From the NCBI GenBank assembly GCA_000092065.1, contig CP000590.1: a stretch of 64,000 nucleotides of DNA; one strand, 5' to 3'. This DNA comes from Ostreococcus lucimarinus. Taxonomy: Eukaryota. How positions within the stretch are numbered: position 1 is the first letter of the stretch; each line of letters begins with the position of its first letter. Positions 60,581-64,000 of this stretch are shown one piece after another. Both the position numbers and the translations under genes were made by a program. Below the pieces are notes generated by a model, which worked only from the letters and a program-made list of their open reading frames with translations, was not told the DNA's origin and made no database searches.

Positions 60581-62503
60581 CTATTTCGCGCGTTTGAGCA
60601 CCAGAGCGACGTAGGTGACGGCGACGTTGAGCGCGGCGACGCCGAGCTGAGATTTGCACGCTCTGCCGGCGTGCCCGCGAACGGGCAAACCCAAGCCTTC
60701 GAGGACGTCCTCGCCGTTTCTCGGGGGGACGCCCTCGTTGAATCGACGCGCGAGGACCTTTCGAACGCCGCGGGATTTGGCGAGCTTTTTGCTCTTGGCG
60801 TCGGTGTCTTCTTTCTCGAAGACCAAGCCCTCAAATTCCGAGCACAAGACGCCTTCAAAGGCGTGGCGAATGAGCGAGAGCTTGGAAAGCGGCGCTAAAG
60901 AATCGGGAATTTCTGCGAATGCGCCGGATGCATCGCCGAGCATGATGTTAAGTACCATTACGCACGGTCCGATGGCGAGAGCGACGTCAGCGCTCGGACT
61001 CAGGGCGCTTATGGAGAGCCCCAAAGACGACGCCGCGGCGGATTGCAACGCGAGCGACGTCAGAAACATCTTTCGTCCAGACTTGTTTAAACCTACCATG
61101 GGCGCCATGACACCTCCGAAAACGACTGGAAACACCATATCAATCGGAGTTTCTATCAAAAGCTTCGATAGAAAGTACGGGCCAGGGCTGTAGCCACCGC
61201 TTTGGCGCGCCATCTCGCGTCGCACCGTGGCGCGCTCGCGTGGAAACCCGTTCAAGCTCTTCACCAATGCGAGCATGGAGGTGTTAATGCACGCCTGCAT
61301 GAGTACCGCGACTCGTCGTTTCACACTACGAGGTCCGAGTCCAAGCTGGAAGTTACATCCGCCAAACATCGCGGCCAGACCGACTGAGGCCACCATGCGG
61401 ACGCCGTTCACCCACATCTCTCGCTTGGCTTGTCGCCAAGCACGACCGGCGAGTAATCTAAATTGCTTAAGCGGATCACAGGCTTTCTTTCGCACGGCTT
61501 TCGAAGTCGAAGTCGATTCAGGCGCCCGTGTCACATCTGCCGCTCTCGGTGCCGTTGTTTTGCTATGCTTTGCCCACTCGTCAACGATGCGTTCTATTCG
61601 CGCGCGGCTCTTGGCCTCGGCGTCGTCGCTCCCGACGCCGTCGCCGACGTCGACGCTCACGAGATCAATCAAAAACTCGGCCGGATTAAAATGCTCGGGG
61701 CACTCGAAACCGATGCCGCGAAAGTAACTGATGACGTCTTCGCTCGGCCCGTGGTACGCCACACGCGCGCCGCTCGCGAGCAACAACACGTCGTGCACCT
61801 TGGCGAACGAGGCGCTCCTCGGTTGGTGCAGCGTGCACACTACGCACGCGTCTTCGCGTTCCGCGAGCTCGACCAGCTTCTCCACCATCTTATCCGCCTG
61901 AAATGCATCGAGCCCAGACGTCGGCTCGTCCACGAGCACGACTAAACCACCACCCGACTTCGAATCCGTCGTTCCCAGTCCGAGCGTCTCGCTCGCGATG
62001 GCCAACCGCCGCCGCTCGCCTCCTGATATCCCCGCCACCGCCTTCCCTCCGGTATCACCCCCCACGACCGTATCCGCGCACGTCATCAACGACATCTTTC
62101 TCAACGTCGAGTTCACGAGCGCCGCGGCGCTCTCCTGCGTCTCTCCGCGCAGCCGCGCGTCCAACTCGAGCGTCTCTCGCACCGTGAGATTGCTAAAGAA
62201 TTTCGGCTCTTGCTCCACGTAGCTCATCGAAACGTCCTCGTCATCGGCGCCGGTGATGCGTTTCCCATCGTACGTCACGACGCACTCGAGCGAGTCGCCT
62301 CGCTTGACGTCCAGGCGATGGGACAGGGCGTTGAGCAGCGATGTCTTGCCGCAACCGCTCGGGCCGAGAATCGCCAAGACGCGGCCGCTGTTGGCGTGCG
62401 CGGACGTCCCGCGCAGGATTACGCGCGAAGAGGCGTTGTGGCCGTCGGCATCTTTCGTGCGGACGACGTATTCGACGTCGCGCCAAGCCAGGGTGCCACC
62501 CAT
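60581..62503 (-). CDS. ABCG: ABC transporter G-family half-transporter (white/WBC type, NBD-TMD)
   Basis: Walker A GPSGCGKTS, signature ISGGERRRLAIA, Walker B LVVLVDEPTSGLD, and the ABC2 membrane domain with 6 TM segments. Confidence 0.9.
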   Translation of the reverse strand: MGGTLAWRDVEYVVRTKDADGHNASSRVILRGTSAHANSGRVLAILGPSGCGKTSLLNALSHRLDVKRGDSLECVVTYDGKRITGADDEDVSMSYVEQEPKFFSNLTVRETLELDARLRGETQESAAALVNSTLRKMSLMTCADTVVGGDTGGKAVAGISGGERRRLAIASETLGLGTTDSKSGGGLVVLVDEPTSGLDAFQADKMVEKLVELAEREDACVVCTLHQPRSASFAKVHDVLLLASGARVAYHGPSEDVISYFRGIGFECPEHFNPAEFLIDLVSVDVGDGVGSDDAEAKSRARIERIVDEWAKHSKTTAPRAADVTRAPESTSTSKAVRKKACDPLKQFRLLAGRAWRQAKREMWVNGVRMVASVGLAAMFGGCNFQLGLGPRSVKRRVAVLMQACINTSMLALVKSLNGFPRERATVRREMARQSGGYSPGPYFLSKLLIETPIDMVFPVVFGGVMAPMVGLNKSGRKMFLTSLALQSAAASSLGLSISALSPSADVALAIGPCVMVLNIMLGDASGAFAEIPDSLAPLSKLSLIRHAFEGVLCSEFEGLVFEKEDTDAKSKKLAKSRGVRKVLARRFNEGVPPRNGEDVLEGLGLPVRGHAGRACKSQLGVAALNVAVTYVALVLKRAK

Positions 62504-62601
62504 GGCGTCCGAGAGTGCGGGCGCGACCGTCGTCGGGACGGGACGCGGGCAAAAGTGGTACAGTAATGTTACACGATGCCCCCGACGCGTCGTCGGGCGC
62601 G

Positions 62602-63534
62602 CTAATCAGAATCGCTACCGTAATCGCCGAGCAAACCCCCGAGCCCGGCCGGAGGCGGGGATTCAGCCTTCGGCGGCGCGGCGGCGGCGGTCGATTTGAC
62701 CTTTGCTTTGACCGCGGCATTCGTCGGACGCTTGACGACGACACTCACCGCGGGCGCGTCCACGCGAGCTTTCTTCGCCGCTGCATGATCGTCGTCGTCG
62801 CTCTCGCTCTCGATGCGCTTGACGATTTTCGCGCGCTGTTCCTTAAAAATAGCGCGCGCGGTTTCCGCGTCCAACTCGTCGGCTCTGCGCGCGAGACAAG
62901 GTGAAATAAAAGTCAGTCTTCCCGTTCGGAAATTGGCGTCGCGCTCGCATCTGAGGCGTCGACGGCACGGCGCACTCGCGTACCTCTCCTTATCCGTTCT
63001 CGTATTCGCCGTCATCGCGTTCAAAGCGTCCGCGTTCGATATTCCGGCGTGTCTCGCGTTGAGCGACCGCATCTCGTCCAACGCCGCCATGATATCCATC
63101 TCTCGTTTACTCTCCTCCGTTCGATTCTCCAATCGCCGCATCTCGTTATTTTCCTCATCATCCGCGCGCGCTTTCGCCTCATCTTCCTCCGTCGTGTCCT
63201 TCCACGCCTCAAAGTTTCGCGACGCCCCGGCTTCGACGACGTAGTCCCCGTTCTTCGGGTCCGTCTTCATCGCCAACTCCGCGCTGCATCGCGTGCATCG
63301 AAAGTAAAACCTAAATATTTGTATTCCCAAGTAGTCTTCGCCCTTGACGTCCTCCTTGCGCGCGTTGAATTTCGTGCCCTTGCAGATGAATTCGCCGCAC
63401 GTGTTGCAGCAAATCGTCATGGGGAGCATGATTCTGACTTTGATTTGTCCACCCTTCGGCGCCCTGCCGCGCGGGATCTTGGCCGGATCGAAGTCGGGAG
63501 GGATGTACTTGTTCAGCACCTTGCGCTCGCCCAT
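62602..63534 (-). CDS. YJU2: splicing factor YJU2/CWC16 (CCDC94 homolog), proposed 2 exons (minus strand): 62984..63534 and 62602..62884
   Basis: MGERKVLNKYIPPDFDPAKIP...CNTCGEFICKGTKFNARKEDV...YLGIQIFRFYFRCTRCSAELAMKTDPKNGDYVVEAGASRNFE is near-identical to the YJU2 N-terminal zinc module. A 99-nt in-frame segment (62885..62983) has donor GGTACGCGAG, branch AGACTGAC, a pyrimidine tract and acceptor CGCGCAG, so it is annotated as an intron. Confidence 0.8.
   Translation of the reverse strand: MGERKVLNKYIPPDFDPAKIPRGRAPKGGQIKVRIMLPMTICCNTCGEFICKGTKFNARKEDVKGEDYLGIQIFRFYFRCTRCSAELAMKTDPKNGDYVVEAGASRNFEAWKDTTEEDEAKARADDEENNEMRRLENRTEESKREMDIMAALDEMRSLNARHAGISNADALNAMTANTRTDKERYASAPCRRRLRCERDANFRTGRLTFISPCLARRADELDAETARAIFKEQRAKIVKRIESESDDDDHAAAKKARVDAPAVSVVVKRPTNAAVKAKVKSTAAAAPPKAESPPPAGLGGLLGDYGSDSD
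62885..62983 (-). other. proposed YJU2 intron (99 nt, frame-preserving, no in-frame stop)
   Basis: Strong splice signals, and the encoded 33 aa (YASAPCRRRLRCERDANFRTGRLTFISPCLARR) are unlike the flanking protein. Intron retention would still be translatable. Confidence 0.55.
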
Positions 63535-63692
63535 GGCGCGCGGACGTCGAGGGCGGGAGGGGAGGCGAGGAGTGCGGACGGGGAGACGGCGGCGTTCTCG
63601 AGACTTCCGGCGGCGCGCGGCGGACGAGGGAAGGCGTTTGAAACAAGGCAACACGGACTATGACAATGCGAAACTATATGCGACTAATAATA

Positions 63693-64000
63693 TTAGGCCA
63701 CTGGGGCGAGCTCGACGCCCGGCTCGTCGTCGGCGTCGAGCTCGCGACCGGCGGTTTCGACGGCGAGCGAGAGCGCGGCGGCGCACGCGACGGCGGCGAC
63801 GGCGATGAAGACGACGACGGAGAGCGTCAGATGTCCGGACTCAATCAAAGTCACAGCGAATATCGGGCATGTTATTCCACCGATGCGCGCGAACCCGTTT
63901 CCGAGGCCGACACCGGTCGAACGGATCGACGTCGGATAGACTTCGCCGGCGAATATGTACAAGACGGTGAACGCCGCGAACGCGGCGCTTCTTCCACCGA
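63693..64000 (-). CDS. major facilitator superfamily transporter (sugar/organic-ion porter type), 3' portion only; gene continues beyond the window end
   Basis: The C-terminal TM segments carry the MFS sugar-porter motif EVYPTSIRSTGVGLG. The ORF is open to the window edge. Confidence 0.6.
   Translation of the reverse strand, partial: GGRSAAFAAFTVLYIFAGEVYPTSIRSTGVGLGNGFARIGGITCPIFAVTLIESGHLTLSVVVFIAVAAVACAAALSLAVETAGRELDADDEPGVELAPVA

Noticed and set aside
1-64000. Prokaryotic operon / CRISPR / IS-element interpretation
   Set aside because: The genes are eukaryotic (HSP90, RPB1 with CTD, proteasome, presenilin, PEX13, USP) and have spliceosomal introns. No direct-repeat/spacer arrays, inverted terminal repeats or transposase ORFs were seen.

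Overview
The window is nuclear DNA from a very GC-rich (about 65-70% GC), gene-dense eukaryote. Its architecture fits a prasinophyte green alga (Mamiellophyceae/Micromonas-like); that assignment is inference from the features below, not a database hit. About 45 protein-coding genes lie on both strands across 64 kb. Most are single-exon. A few carry short GC-rich introns with GTGCG-type or GTACG donors, an ACTGAC branch point about 30 nt upstream of the acceptor, and a weak or absent polypyrimidine tract. Poly(A) signals of the chlorophyte TGTAA type follow several stop codons.

Genes recognised with confidence:
- FtsH-like AAA protease homolog with a degenerate zinc site (FtsHi-like)
- pre-mRNA splicing factor PRP17/CDC40
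- cathepsin-L-like cysteine protease
- 20S proteasome subunit alpha-5
- E2F partner DP
- Kelch-repeat PP1-like phosphatase (BSL/PPKL type)
- DHHC palmitoyltransferase
- BRO1-domain protein
- ETHE1-type persulfide dioxygenase with an N-terminal extra domain
- RNA polymerase subunit RPB8
- cytosolic HSP90 (3 exons)
- presenilin (2 exons)
- thioredoxin h (2 exons)
- DUF760 protein
- ubiquitin-specific protease
- PIG-C/GPI2
- RNA polymerase II largest subunit RPB1 (2 exons, 16 perfect YSPTSPA heptads)
- class II fumarase
- MYG1/UPF0160 hydrolase
- selenoprotein Sep15/SELENOF with an in-frame UGA (Sec) codon
- DnaJ-thioredoxin ER protein
- PEX13-like peroxin
- AMBRA1-like WD40 protein
- RING-H2 E3 ligase
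- F-box/LRR protein (3 exons proposed)
- class II fructose-bisphosphate aldolase
- LdhA-type D-lactate dehydrogenase
- GYF-like domain protein (2 exons)
- PC-esterase/SGNH protein
- protein kinase with a C-terminal cyclic-nucleotide-binding domain
- ABCG half-transporter
- splicing factor YJU2/CWC16 (2 exons)
- the 3' part of an MFS transporter running off the window

No rRNA, tRNA, CRISPR array or transposon was recognised. Because stop codons are AT-rich, long spurious Arg/Ala/Ser/Pro-rich ORFs occur antisense to almost every gene; these were rejected. The most notable items are the Sec-containing Sep15 gene that the ORF track splits in two, the protease-dead FtsH homolog next to a peptidoglycan-binding-domain protein, the uniform YSPTSPA CTD with a recent 126-bp tandem duplication, the kinase-then-CNB domain order, and the intron class structure.
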